A stretch of DNA of 64,000 nt from Octopus sinensis (GCF_006345805.1 NC_043008.1:17856001-17920000), one strand, 5' to 3'; counted from the stretch's first letter, positions 27,301 to 41,235 are shown. A program made the numbers and translations. Notes: a model not told the origin generated them from the letters alone.

Positions 27301-29118
27301 ATTGTCGTCGTTGTAATACCGGTGGTTGGTATAACGGTCGAATTAGGACACACGTGCAGGTGGACTTCGAAGTTTGATCACCAAAGACTGTATGCAATTA
27401 TAACAAGCTCGTTTGTAGGTAGAGTTGTTTTATACACAGTCAACATCAGACATGTCAAGTTCTGCCATCAGAAATTATTATTAATTTTAGATTCACTTAA
27501 AATATTACTAATAATCATTATGAAATGCATAAATGTTACAACCTCTAATTTCCTTTTCGTTGATGCAACATATGAGTAATGAATGAAATATTATATTTCT
27601 CATTAATATTAATGAGTTTTATTACTGACCAGTCATTCATCAATATATTTTCTTATAGTATGAGATGATATTTTCCATGACTGTGTGATTATTTCTAATT
27701 ATCTTCATTTCATTGGAGCTAATTGTTAACGCTAGGTATTTTTCGAGGATCTCAATGATTAGAAGTAATAAAGCATATGTGTATTGGTGTGTAACAGAGG
27801 CTATTATAGGTTTTATACTAAGATCAAATGTCTTGAGGTAGAATTCGTAGAAACATCAGTCGTTAACTTAACATCATTCATCGTATAAGTGGAATGTGGT
27901 GCACAACCATCGTATGTCAAAATTAGCCACAAGTCAATTCATTCTATAGTTACTCTATAAATTCCTTGATAATTGCATTTCTGCAAGATAACTGGCACAT
28001 TCTTAATTTCTGTAAAGTATTGAATCCAAGTAATTGCAAACACGTCTTTACCTTTTACAGTGTTTTCAAATATATTAACCTCCAAATCACGTATGTGCCA
28101 AATTGAATACGTAAATACGGCAAATACCTCCACTTCTCTCGCTAGGGAATTACATATCAAAGTAATTCTAGTGTATTAATGAAAGATAACGTTAAAATAT
28201 CAATTGTTGTTTGCTAATGAATTCTTAAAGCTCCAATTAAGAAATCCGAATTTTCCACACTCTAGATTTTTACGACACACACTCAGAATGTAGACCATAA
28301 TCGATTATAATCACTAGACAGTCAACCTGATCATGGATATTTTTCATAGATTATGTAATAGCAGATTATAAAATCCGTATATGTGGAGTAGAAGGTGGAC
28401 GACTAGGGTGTATAATGATTATAGCTTCTGCAGAATCCAAAACTTCAAAGAGCTTTACATGCAGGCTGAGTTTTTGTTAGTTGATGTGAAAATAAATATT
28501 CCAGACGGCTCAATATCTAGTGACCGAGAAAGTGAAAATTTGTTTAGTGTGTGATAAAATCCTAAATAATGTATAGTAAAAGAAATGTAAAATGCGTAAG
28601 ACGAGACACTGAAATACAGATGTAAAAGAAATAAACAGACATAAATTTTTTATGGTTTGTAATATTATAAGTATGCAAAAATCTCCGAGGTTTTCAACAG
28701 AGATAAAGGAGTACATATGTTAATTGTATTTATTTACGTTGTCCAACAGATAGAGTGTAGTTAGTCAACTTTTCAGATATCCATCAAAAGAAATCATGGA
28801 TAGACATTGAGTGAATCATAAAAATATGTAATATATGTAGCAATGTTTCTGCTAGCGAGGCCCTATGAGCATGGAAATGTTAAATACATCAAATAATTAT
28901 TATTTTCTTTTTCGCTGGTTTCTATTATTAGCATAATGATCCTCCCGAGACAAAACATACATACATAGATACATAAATTCAAAGGTACATACCTGTACGC
29001 TATGAGCATAGTGTGCTTGCATACCCATGCCTAGGGTTAAGATAGGTAAATGATACCAGTATTAAGAACGGATATTCTTATCCCTTAGTAGGTTATTCCA
29101 ACCGCTAACTCTGCTTAT

Positions 29119-29189
<71 letters not shown>

Positions 29190-29499
29190 GAGAAGAACCA
29201 CCATGAAGCAATTCAACAATGATATACTTAAATCATACCATATAAAAAAAATTAAAGATGCTATAAAACATATACCTAAAACTAAATAAAGTATTAAATA
29301 AAGAGATGCAGCACGGATTTTTGTCAGTGAACAGGTCGCGGATTTTAGCGACGAAAATATTTTGTCAAATTAAACTTAAATGTTGAAGTGAATCGAACGG
29401 CTTTTGTGTGTTTCTTAAATGGCTTATAAACACCTTCCACGCTGCAATTGTTTTCGTTTCAGCACACGATCTCAGATCAAATTACTTGCTATGCGAGTA

Positions 29500-29790
29500 C
29501 ATCTCCGTAAATAAAGTAGTAAAAAATAAATAGTATATAATTAGTAAATAGACTGCATCTGTTTCGTGGCTATATTTTCAAAATGATAACAATAAAAATC
29601 AATTCAATTTAAATATAATTACTCATCAGGTCTAAGATAAAAACAATAAAATGATTAAATAAATGTACGTATATTATCTTCTAAGAAAAGGTAAATATAT
29701 ATAACAATACGCAATTTTACAATAAAAAATCGAAGAAGATTCACCAATATATCTTAAAATAAAACATGACTTATCTTATTGAATATATTC
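29500..29790 (-). repeat. AT-rich interspersed repeat carrying the hammerhead-like motif; homologous to 63130-63460(+)
   Basis: Shared aagataagtcat.ttttatttt.ag..cgatt.ttta..cgtatt.t.atatattt..aagataa..gtacattta..ttagacctgatga between the two loci. Confidence 0.75.
29549..29634 (-). ncRNA. Degenerate copy of the same hammerhead-like motif
   Basis: Minus strand: TAGAC-CTGATGA-G..AAAATATAGCCAC-GAAAC-AGAT-GCA/GTCTA. Stem I is a perfect 5 bp, but the cleavage triplet is GCA instead of GUH. Confidence 0.5.
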
Positions 29791-30480
29791 TGTTAACTAA
29801 ATATTTAACTTTATACGTAGGACTAAGTGATTATAATCAATTTATCTCGTTAAAAACGAGGTGTAAATAAAAATAGAACAAATAGATAGAAATATTTATT
29901 TTATCTATGAAAATATATATTAGCTTATAGAAGAAAATAACAAACTAAGCATATCATTACTGGAAAATTAAAGTACAAGTAATTAATACAAAATATTTAA
30001 AATACACAATATACATTAAGTGAAGCTAATTTACTATAATTTAATCTATATCCGTTAAAACATTTATTTATATATTTATATAATAAACATCTAAGTTTAA
30101 TCTAATTCAAATTATGTAATAAATACTAAAAAACTTAATACATAATACTACTACAAACTATAACTACAAGAATTAAAAATAGAAAAATGGTTCAAATATA
30201 TACACACAAATTAGTTAAACTTATTATATAATTAATTCAATTTATGTATAGATTTCAGTCATTTATAGAATTAACCAATTTCTATTATTATTAAAGTATT
30301 TACTTAAATGCAATATTGCATTACAAATAAAAAAAATTACTACCTATTTGATAAGATTTTAGCTTACAAATCTATTTCTCAAAGGCACTAGGCCCGGACC
30401 CATGTGCTTACAAAGAGAGATTCATCGAGTGGCTAGTCGACGATTCATTCAGGTGCTATGCATTCATGACCAAAGCAAAT

Positions 30481-31041
30481 TACTGGTGTTACTTTCATAG
30501 CATTAATGCTACATGGTCTCAGCTAAACAACAAAGCAGTAGCATACAGAAGGTGTCTTAGATTTTTCTAACTCTACCTCAAATAACTGGTGTGATGGATG
30601 CCTCCTATGCTGACACGATTCCTTATATCATAGTCGAACTGTTATATATATATATATATATATATGTTTATTTTGGTAGTTTTGACTTGAAGAGTCCCTT
30701 CTAGCATGCGGCATCTATGTGTAATAATGCCCTCTATATAATATAAATAAATATATTCATGTGGAAAAAATTTACCGATTTGTTTTCTTATGAGGTTTTT
30801 CATGCTAACTACTTGATAATTTCTTATGAAGATTTTGTCCTATTTTTAAATTTTATATATATATATAAAACAGTTCGACTCATCTCCATATGATGTAAGG
30901 AATCGTGGCAGCGTAGGAGATATCCATCACACCAGTTATTTGGGGTAGATTAAGACGAATCTAAGACACCTCCTGTATGCTACTGCTTTGTTGTTTAGCT
31001 GAGACCATGTAGCATTAATGCTGTGAAAGGAGCACCAGCAT
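30481..31041. repeat. Inverted repeat (arms ~30481-30645 and ~30866-31041), MITE-like
   Basis: cattaatgctacatggtctcagctaaacaacaaagcagtagcatac..ggtgtcttagat..aaataactggtgtgatggat and its reverse complement about 220 bp downstream. Confidence 0.9.
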
Positions 31042-31133
31042 TTTGTTTTCTAATTTGAAGCCTACTTATTCATGCAGGATGTTGACAGGATGCTCGCGCT
31101 AGCTTGAAGAGTCGTTACATTTTACTCTCTTCA

Positions 31134-31672
31134 GCATTTTTGCTAGTACATACGCGATGAAGCTATACATTAGCGTCGTATTATTACGTTCGCTATTTCC
31201 AGTAAATATCGGTACTTCGTTGTGCTATATATTTACTTCTTCGTATATTTTTCCCTCACGGGCTATTCTTTACTGGATAGCAATACTCTAGTATTGCATT
31301 ACTAATTTATTGAAACTTCTTCACCGTTCTCGTTCTGTTAGCGTTTCGGCGTTTCAGTCGAGTGTATTGGCATTAATGTGGTAACATCTGAAATGTTGTC
31401 GTGGTATATGTTTGGCTGATGAAGATAGATCAAGTATATGTGGGCAGGCATATCTTGAAAAATCTGAAGCCGGCGCCGGTCCCACATTATCTTTTTCTAG
31501 GTATTTCATCTTTCAGATGTTCTCCCTGGTAAGACAATTTTTTTCAAGTTTGTTGCACTCACGCATTTTTGCTAGTACATACGCGGTGAAGCTATACATT
31601 AGCGTCGTATTATTACGTTCGCTATTTCCAGTAAATATCGGTACTTCGTTGTGCCATATATTTACTTCTTTG
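31134..31672 (+). repeat. ~110-bp direct repeat (31134-31245 and 31563-31672)
   Basis: gcatttttgctagtacatacgcg.tgaagctatacattagcgtcgtattattacgttcgctatttccagtaaatatcggtacttcgttgtgc.atatatttacttctt occurs twice with about 2 mismatches. Confidence 0.95.
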
Positions 31673-31710
31673 TATATATATATATATATATATTTATATG
31701 TATACATATA

Positions 31711-31875
31711 TACGTCGGGCTTCTTTCCGTTTTCGTCTACCAAATCCACTCACAAGGCTTTGGTTGGTCTGAAGCTATAGTAGAAAACACTTGCCTAAGG
31801 TGCCACGCAGTGGGACTGAACCCGGAACCATGTGGCTGGTAAGCAAGCTACTTACCTCACAGCCACTCCTGCGCT
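31711..31875 (-). mobile_element. Family A SINE, 5' half
   Basis: Head and body match family A and end at the internal (TA)n. Confidence 0.85.
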
Positions 31876-32576
31876 TATATGTATATTTACGTATGTATGT
31901 ATGTATGTATGTATGTATGTATGTATGTATGTATGTACGTGAGTATGTATATACGTGTGTGTGTGTTTCTGTATGTGTGTTTGTGGGTGCGTGGGTGCGT
32001 GTATTGTATCAGATTATTTGAATTTTACTAAGATCCAAAGATTAAGAAGACCGAAAAGAAAGCAAGTTCAAACGGTCATCGTATATTCTCGCGGATACAC
32101 CGCGCATCGAAATTTTGTTCCGCAAGTATGTCTTCCATTTCATCAGGAGTCAATTGCAGCTAGGTTTACATCAGCAATAACATCACAAATATACTGGGAG
32201 GAAGTAACACATTTCTAAAATCTCTGATTAAGCTTAATTGATACATAGAGATTCCAACATGTTTACATTCAAATTCAATTGATCCTGGAACATGTTTGCA
32301 TTTTTGACTATTCAGGCCGCATTTCATCCAAAGAAAATCACAAATTGAAGATAAATTAAACCTAAAACGCTCTAAAATTCATTCATCCTAGATTCTAAAT
32401 ATAAATTTCAATTTCTAATGATTCCAGATTGATGATATTAAACGGTGGAGGCGTATAGATTCATATCTATCTTTCTAGTTATGTTTATTTTAGTTTTATA
32501 GCGTTATATTTTAAAATCATTTGCTCTGAATGTATGTGTGTGTGTCTCAGTGTGTGTGTATAAACATGTATGCATG

Positions 32577-32686
<110 letters not shown>

Positions 32687-32796
32687 ATATATATATGTAT
32701 ATATATATATGCATATGAACAGGCATATATCTATAAAAAGAAGTTCTACACGTATAAATATGTATGCATATATTTATATATATATATGCATTCACA

Positions 32797-32838
<42 letters not shown>

Positions 32839-33352
32839 TACACACACACCACACCACATACGCGGTTTTAAGCTTACGTCCGTGTTTGAGATTTCTGTAA
32901 AGATACCTCAATAGTACTATATGAAATTTAATGTGTTTTATATAAAACGTTCAAGTGTATCAAAATCAAACGAAAAATTTTTGTATTGAATTTATTGCTT
33001 CTGTTTATTTTTCTGTTATCGTTTTTTCTGTTATTTATTCAATGATGTTTTTTACATTCTTATTTTTTTTTTTAGGTTTTGTAGTGTTAGTACATACTTC
33101 TAGTTATAATTTTTACATATATATATTTCTCTAAAAATTTAGAGACTCCGTGTTTTTCAATGTCTTTATCACTGTCATTAACTGAATTAAAAGTTCCAGC
33201 ACGTTTCCCAATTTCACATATATAAATATTTTTTTTATATATATATTTCCATATGTACACTTACATATGTACATATCTACATTTATATGCATACATATAT
33301 ATATATATATATATATAATATATATATATATAGATAGATAGATAGATAGGTA

Positions 33353-33390
<38 letters not shown>

Positions 33391-34029
33391 CATATACACA
33401 TATATATATATACACATATACATATATACATACATATGTATGCACAAATATATAAAGATTATATATATATTATACATAATATATATATTCTAATATATAT
33501 TTATATTATATAACATCATATACAATCTCATATATATGTACATATAATATATATATATGTGTGTGTGTGTATTGTATACATTTATGTATATACATTTATA
33601 CATAGACATATGCATACATACAAACACGCACACACACAGACATACACACAAATATATTGATATGTATGTATGTGTGTATATATATATATATATGTTTACA
33701 AACAATTATACTTGTACTGCTGTCATTTGATATGAAGGCATCTGCGAAAGTTTTAGTGCATTTTCCATTCTGCCTAGATCATAAACCAATTTGGCTGAAT
33801 ATTTCATATCAAATATTATCAAACAGATCTCTGATTGAAGGCAATCTGGTCGACACAAGTTTATAATATTTTTTGAGGTTTGCAAATGTAAGATTATCTT
33901 ATCCTTTTTTCCCCCCTTGCTGTAAATGGCCGATGTAATTTTACGAAGATTTCACAAACTTTTTTTCTAATAGAACGAGAGCATATGTATATGTTATGTA
34001 TATGTTACCACAAAGGATGTTTTTTTTTA

Positions 34030-34262
34030 TTTTTAGAGATATGACAGACTCACTGAGCTTGTGGTGATTTCAAACTTTGGCACATTGCCAGCAGTTTTGA
34101 GGGAGAGTCTGAATCGATTAAATCGGCCCCAGCCATCAAGTGGACCCTGAAATGATGAAAGGTAAATTTCGATGAAGGCAGAAGTTGAACTTTCAACGTA
34201 AAGACGGCTGAAATGGCGCTAAGCGTTTCGTCCGGCACGTCAAAGATTCTGCCGGTTCAGTG
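34030..34262 (-). mobile_element. Degenerate family B-like SINE
   Basis: accctgaaatgatgaaaggtaaa..gcgtttcgtccggcacgt remnants. Confidence 0.55.
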
Positions 34263-34544
34263 CCTTACAGTGAGCGTATATTGGAATTACATAGGAGAGT
34301 ACAGCCTTTATTTCGGAATAAGTTAGCTTCTTAACAATTATAATATTGATGATCCAAATTTGATAGGTAGTATTTCGACTGCAAGTTAGTTATGTCTTCG
34401 TGTGTTCTTTCAGTAACTAACAAATGACTATCTTGTTAGGCATGTTAGAAACATCAGTTACATATTCCCTAGTTCGCACAGAACGCTGCCTGAATATGAT
34501 ATAGACAATATACCGATTAAATTATTTTATCACTAAATTATCTT

Positions 34545-34710
<166 letters not shown>

Positions 34711-35214
34711 ATTATCTTATTACCAAGGCTGCAATTGATCGTCGACTTAATATATCAAACTGGCTGTATGCCGGCGAAGCGTAAACTCGAATGCTACCAC
34801 GGGCAGTATTCATTTTTACTGCGTCAGTGGTAAAAGTGGTGTTAGATTCCTTCTTGTTACGCTTCATGTCTTAGATTTCATGATACCTTTCTTGGACTGT
34901 GATTATGTAAAGCATTTAAGATTGAAATAGTCACACTTTTATTCGTGGAATGAATTATAACAGATATGTAGCTTATTAAAAACAACGATCAAACAATTAC
35001 CAAAGTGTAATGCTCCGATACAAAAAATTTCTGATATATGGGTATGATCAGATCCCAGTTGAAAAATCAGCTGAATTGAATTGTCACAAACTTGAGATCT
35101 TTCTCAATGCCATGGCGTCCTTTCATTACATAGTAAATAATTCATATTTCATCCTCTTGAAATTTTTCTTCCTTTCTAAGTACGTAAAAGAAGTACCAGT
35201 TTAATAGTCTTTTG

Positions 35215-35603
35215 TTTTCTAGGCACAAGGCTCGAAATTTAGGGGAGGGGGCCAATCGATTAGATCGAACCCAGTACGCAACTGGTACTTAATTTATCGA
35301 CCCCGAAAGGATGAAAGGCAAAGTCGACCTCGGCGGAATTTGAACTCAGAAAGTAACGGCAGACGAAACACCTATTTCTTTATTACCTACAAGGGGCTAC
35401 ACATAGAGGGGACAAACAAGGACAGATATAGGTATTAAGTCGATTACATCGACCCCAGTGCGTAACTGGTACTTAATTTATCGACCCCGAAAGGATGAAA
35501 GGCAAAGTCGACCTCGGCGAAATTTGAACTCAGAACGTAACGGCAGACGAAATACCTCTAAGCATTTCGTCCGGCGTGCTAACGTCTCTGCCAGCTCGCC
35601 ACC
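35215..35603 (-). mobile_element. Family B SINE, dimeric form (head-core-tail1-core-tail2)
   Basis: The core atcgaccccgaaaggatgaaaggcaaagtcgacctcggc occurs twice (~35297 and ~35480). Confidence 0.88.
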
Positions 35604-35978
35604 ATAGCATCAATTTAATATTAGTGCCAACCTAATCTACTGAAGCTTTTTACTGAAGCGTTTTACTTCTGTTAGAAATCAATTTTCTATCATACAAAAG
35701 GTAAAATACATTTAATCAAGGCGGGTTCTTAAACACTCAAATGAGGACACATATTGCTCGTGCAGTGGATTAAAAATTAGTCTCAAGATCTGGATCCCAT
35801 CCAAAGAAGTTACTAGATATCATGAACTGTTTGTTTTGTGGCACACGTATGCAGCGAAATTCTCTTTCAATCACCAAATCCTATGAGATGATATATGGTG
35901 TGGACAAAGCATAGCTGTTACATGCGTAAATTTCGAATACATACAGATATATACGTATATATAGATTGTGTCTGTGTA

Positions 35979-36295
35979 TTCCGCCGAGGTCGACTTTGCC
36001 TTTCATCCTTTCGGGGTCAATTAAATAAGTAGCAGTTACGTACTGGTGTCGATATAATCGACTTAATCCGTTTGTTGGTCCTTGTTTGTCCTCTCTGTGT
36101 TTAGCCCCTTGTGGGTAGTAAAGAAAAAGGTATTTCGTTTCTCCTTACGTTCTGAGTTCAAATTCCGTCGAGGTCGACTTTGCCTTTCGTCCTTTCGCGG
36201 TCGAGAAATGAAGTACCAGTTGCGTAATTAGGTCGATCTAATCGACTGCCCCTTCCCCAATATTTCGGGCCTTGTAGCTAGAGTACAAAAGAATA
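35979..36295 (+). mobile_element. Family B SINE, dimeric, 5'-truncated; inverted relative to 35215-35603
   Basis: Two cores separated by tail1; ends with the tttcgggccttgt tail2. Confidence 0.85.
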
Positions 36296-36450
36296 TTTTA
36301 TTATAATTCTATTGGGCAATTCTATTGAATAATACACTGTCCACTCTTATATCTCTCTTACTAACCTATCTTCATTCCTATCACCATATTTCTGTTCATT
36401 TTCTCTTTTTTCCTCCTTTTCTTTTTTTTCTTTCCGACACCCTACGGCAG

Positions 36451-36525
36451 GAATCCTCTATATCCTGAATATCCGAACAATACTTGCCTGATAAGCCTGA
36501 AAATACTCAGGCAAACCCGACCAAA
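36451..36525 (+). CDS. Candidate internal exon (75 nt, phase 2-2); reads NPLYPEYPNNTCLISLKILRQTRP
   Basis: Long polypyrimidine tract with cag| acceptor and |gtaaga donor. Only one frame is open, and it is phase-compatible with the neighbouring candidates. Confidence 0.55.
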
Positions 36526-36782
36526 GTAAGAAAATATTATCAATCTCTACTTTTGATCGAGTATCCTTTCTTCCGAAAGTCTACAGTAAACGGATACATG
36601 CACACATATACACAATTACTCCCAACACACTCATGTATGCATGTCTGTATGTATACGTTTATGTATGTATGTGTGTAACTATGTATATATGCATGTATGT
36701 AGGAGAGCAGAGGAATACAAAAGACTCGGTATATCTTTATATTATAACATCCTAAATTACACACTCTTACACGTGTATGTAA

Positions 36783-36844
<62 letters not shown>

Positions 36845-36883
36845 TTGTATATATATATATATATATATATATATTTGCGCGTT

Positions 36884-36953
<70 letters not shown>

Positions 36954-38751
36954 ATATATGGATATAAGAATGCGATACAATATCTGAAATATAAAGAACA
37001 ATACAAACATAATCGATTCAATCACTGAAATTTTAATTCCATTTCTTTCCTTTCAATCTTATCTTCAGCAACAATCCGTACCAGTAATGTAACGAAAGGA
37101 GATATTTAACACCTTAGTCTAACATCCATACAGACATGCAGTCAGACAGAGCGATGCGCGTATTCTATTGGTATATGTCGATAACTTGAGTTATCAAAGA
37201 AGGAATCTACTATTAATTACTCACTGGCAAATTACATATTCAGAATAATTATTGGTAATTTCCTTGGCTGTGTAATTCTTTAGAGGGCCATGTAATTATC
37301 GCGTGAGTAAATGAGTGAGCAGAGGAAAGATAGAGCTGAAGATGGGGAAAACGAAAGAATGATGGTTTGTTATCATCCAATACTTCTTGTCTATCGCTTT
37401 ATTCATTTGTTTTAAAATCCCCAACTTCCGGTTTGATGCAACAAGCTTTAATATATACGATATTTCTTTTGAAAGTTTCACACAAATTTTTAAATTCCAT
37501 TTATTTCTAAGAAATTTTTCCCCTAAGGATTCTTTTATGATAATTTGTCTTGTAGGTTTTCGTTTGTATTTTTTAATTATTCACATTTCATTGAAGTCAT
37601 TTTTGGCAGAGATGCGATATGGTTGCTTTAATTATAATTTTAAATAGTTTCATTAAAATTACATTTTTGCTTTCTTTCTTTTAATTTGGTTGCATGTATT
37701 TTCCCCCTTTCTTACATTGATTCGTTCTCAAGTAAGTTTTCTTTGGATTCTGTCTTACCCTTTGAAGGATTCACTCTCCTTTTTCTTCCTCTCTCTCTCG
37801 CTTACACACTCACTCATTCACTCACTTTATATATCTATCTCCATATATCAATATAACTCTCTCTCTCTCTCTCTCTCTCTACGTTTTGCTCTCATTTGTT
37901 TTGTTTTTTGTTATTATAGTTACTCTTTTCTCTAACTTTAACATGTATTTTCTGAAATAAATTTGGTGGAAATCAATATAATTTTAATACGTTTTGTTTT
38001 TAAATTTATATCTCGTTGAAATCAAGGATATTTAGAAATTGAGGGAAAAAATCATTACAGTATAATGTTATCTCGCATTTTAGCGTGTTTCATAATTTGT
38101 ATTCTGTCATTATATAACATTTCAAGGAAACAACACACTGCTAAAAATCAATACCATGTTTTCATCACTACACTTTGGAGGCAATACATGTTATTATACA
38201 TGCAACACTGTTTAGAGATTAATTTAATTATTCATGCTAAATATCCAGGTATATAGAAACATGTGTCAGATAATTTAGCAGACTATGTTCACTATTCAAC
38301 AACACTGAGTTCAAATTGAAATAATTAATGAAACACTCGTCCTTCACTTTCAACACAATGTTGCAAATAAAATATTGGCATCGATTATATTTATTAGCTC
38401 CTGAATTTAGATTCTAAGGAAGTTAATTATGATCGCTACAAAAAAATATCGGGAGATAAGATAGAACTGTACGTCACAGTGGACATCTAATGATCGTACA
38501 TTCTCAACATAGCAAGTACTGCACTCCAAATACTGGCTTTCTTCTTCAGTAATCCACGTTTTCAAAACTTAAGAACCCATAGCAATACTCATTTGTATTG
38601 TATCTGGGACGGCGTTTTCACTGTACATACGGTCTTCTGTTATTATTTCTTGTTAAATTACAACTAAGTAGCAGGTATTCGATCACCAACAGATCCTAGT
38701 ATATTGAGCACAGGCTACTATGCTTCCTCTCTCTCTCTCTCTCTCATTTCT

Positions 38752-39040
38752 TATTTCTTTACTGCCTACAAGGGGCTACACACAGAGAGGACAAATGGAT
38801 TTAGTCGATTACCTCGACTCCATTATTTAACTGGTGCTTAATTTATTGACTCCGAAAGGATGAAAGGCAAAGTCGACCTCGACGGAATTTGAACTCAGAC
38901 CATAATGGCAGACGCGAAATACCTATTTCTTTACTGCCCACAAGGGGCTAAACACGGAGAGGACAAACAAGGACAGTCAAACGGATTAAGTCGATTATAT
39001 CGACCCCAGTGCGTAACTACTACTTATTTAATCGACCCCG
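38752..39040 (-). mobile_element. Family B SINE fragments (two partial units)
   Basis: Two tail1-core units in tandem. Confidence 0.8.
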
Positions 39041-39269
39041 TTTTTGCTCTTCATTTCCTTTTCCTTTTTCCATCAACAGTTCCTACCCCAACTCACGACC
39101 TGGGTGTGTATAACTTTCATCAATCGTTTCCATTTACAACTTAACTCATGACCCATTGAACGGACTCGTCCAAAATGAAATAAAATTTGTATGGTATTGT
39201 GTGTCAGAGGTGTTTGAGTATATATTTAGTAATTCAATAAAACAGTTCTAATCTAGCAAAAAAAAATCG

Positions 39270-39835
39270 TGGACAAGTTCCCGATACACATTTTATGAGA
39301 TCATTATACGAATATGCCTTCGGCTTCGATGACTGCTACTATGCAGGACTGGAATTGTTGACATGCCTGCAATAAAGAGAACTTTTTCATTTCGCACATC
39401 ATTTGGACAATGGCAGCATTCAGTAAAGGTATGGTATTGTGAGTATATCGATTAGTCACCCTTACAACAACACTCCCAAACTTGTAGACCGTGGAATTTA
39501 AGGCATGTTTGGTGTTACATGACTGTAAAAATTGTCGGACATTCACTCTTGGCTACGTCGTGTTTGTGAGAAGGTGGTGCTGTGCCTTGTACTTCTTCCA
39601 TTGAAAGCCTTATAGATGTATCCAGCAACACAATGCATACAGCAGCATTAATTTATAAGCTTGTAGAAAAATGTAAGATGACAAAACAGGTTCTTCCTTA
39701 CCACTGTTTCTAAAAACCATTAACATTTGCTGGGGACGTAGTTTGTATTACCCTGATGATATCAGAGAATTTGCATATAGCCATCTGTCATTTCTCTTGA
39801 TATACCTTTTGTTTTCGCCGAAGTTTTTTCCATCA
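39270..39835 (-). mobile_element. Tc1/maT-like transposase fragment (catalytic and C-terminal part)
   Basis: Minus-strand reading FDGKNF..KRNDRWLYA and YKFGSVVVRVTNR..LLNAAIVQMM..ACQQFQSCIVAVIEAEG resembles the DD37D-type transposase core and C-terminus. Confidence 0.75.
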
Positions 39836-39845
39836 AACAATAACG

Positions 39846-40058
39846 TATTTCTTTAATACCCACAAGGGGCTGCACACAGAGGGTGCAACCAAGGACAGAT
39901 AAACGGGTTAAGTCGATTACATCGACCCTAGTGAGTAACTGGCACTTATTTAATCGACGCCAAAAGGATGAAAGGCAAAGTCGACCTCGGCGGAATTTGA
40001 ACTCAGCACGTAGTGGCAGACGAAATACCGCAAAGCATTTCGCCCGGCGTGCTAACGA
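39846..40058 (-). mobile_element. Family B SINE
   Basis: Head, core and tail1 match; abuts the Tc1 fragment. Confidence 0.85.
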
Positions 40059-41146
40059 TTAAGCATGTAGTGTTGGATACATGTATGGAGTTTGTACCTG
40101 AATATGGAATGAAGATTTCGAATTGAAGATTATTCTGTGGATAGAAGGGAAAATGAGCATGTGGATGGTGACGTAATTCATGTATGAGAAATAAAGGTGA
40201 GGAGAAGGGACGGAGAAGTCATGGACATAAAATTATGTGGAGGATTGGAAGAGGTGGATAAAACGCAGGACGTCACGTTCGCAATTGCTTAATGAAACAA
40301 AGATAACTAAATGTTTTATTTAGTTTAGTTTCTCCATTGTGTCTCATTAACAGAAATGGAGTTGTAGTGACGTCATAATAGGATATTTCACATCGAATTT
40401 TTACGATTTTTGTGGTTGTTGCTTTTTCGAAAATGTCAGAATTCTTAAAAGAGTTACCATGATTAATATATTTAATGATATTAGAGACGAAAGAGAGTTG
40501 TAATCATTCCAAAATGATTTTCTTTATACTAAAGACTCTGTCGTTTATCGCGTTTAGTATATGGAGTTATATAGTTCACAGAACAGAGTCTATTGTGAAA
40601 AGGATGATGTCTGTATAAAATATGGAGCAATGGAAGTCTCAAATGATAAACGAAGAATTTGGATTGTTTCACTCGATGAAAATTGGGAACAGTTGCACGT
40701 TCGAAATCTCCTCCAATGGTAATTAACTTACCATGTGAAGTGAAATGCATTTATATGAATTTGAGATGGACATCACGAAACAACCAGCATCTCAGTTTAA
40801 AGATGGTTAAATGAAGGAGGCGTTCACCTGGAAATTATACGCTGCGGTTATGGACATACCTATGTATCTAAGTGTAGTTCGTGAGCATGAACATAGCTCA
40901 TGACCTCACATAACAGAATGTTTAAAATTGTATTGCGTCAGTACAAAAATAAATGTTTACTCAGAAGCAATATGATTCTATAATTAATAATTCTAATTCT
41001 TGTAATCTTTCTTTATCCTCGTAAACTTATTGGTATTAGACGCAGGATATATATAGGAATGTACGCATTTTCGTACAGACCAGTGAGTGTGTATGTGTGT
41101 GTGCATACGTATAACATATATGTATGAATTAGCGTAGGTGTATATG

Positions 41147-41220
<74 letters not shown>

Positions 41221-41235
41221 TTTCTTTTATTTTTT

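Noticed and set aside
27760-28200. Coding-like minus-strand ORF 27939-28160 with a YTMNDVKL-like string downstream
   Set aside because: Only vague similarity to an RT YxDD region; not enough motifs to call.
29320-29375. GTCGC-loop-GCGAC-GAAA hairpin resembling hammerhead stem II
   Set aside because: The preceding bases are GTGAACAG rather than CUGANGA, so the core is not met.
29640-30385. Possible mitochondrial insertion (NUMT), suggested by AT richness and A/C skew
   Set aside because: I could not find a recognisable mt rRNA, tRNA or protein motif, and 29500-29790 is homologous to another nuclear locus (63130-63460). A mitogenome BLAST would settle the remainder.
40732-40827. Minus-strand segment with good acceptor and gtaagt donor (96 nt)
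   Set aside because: Stop codons in all three frames; it could only be a non-coding exon, which is untestable here.
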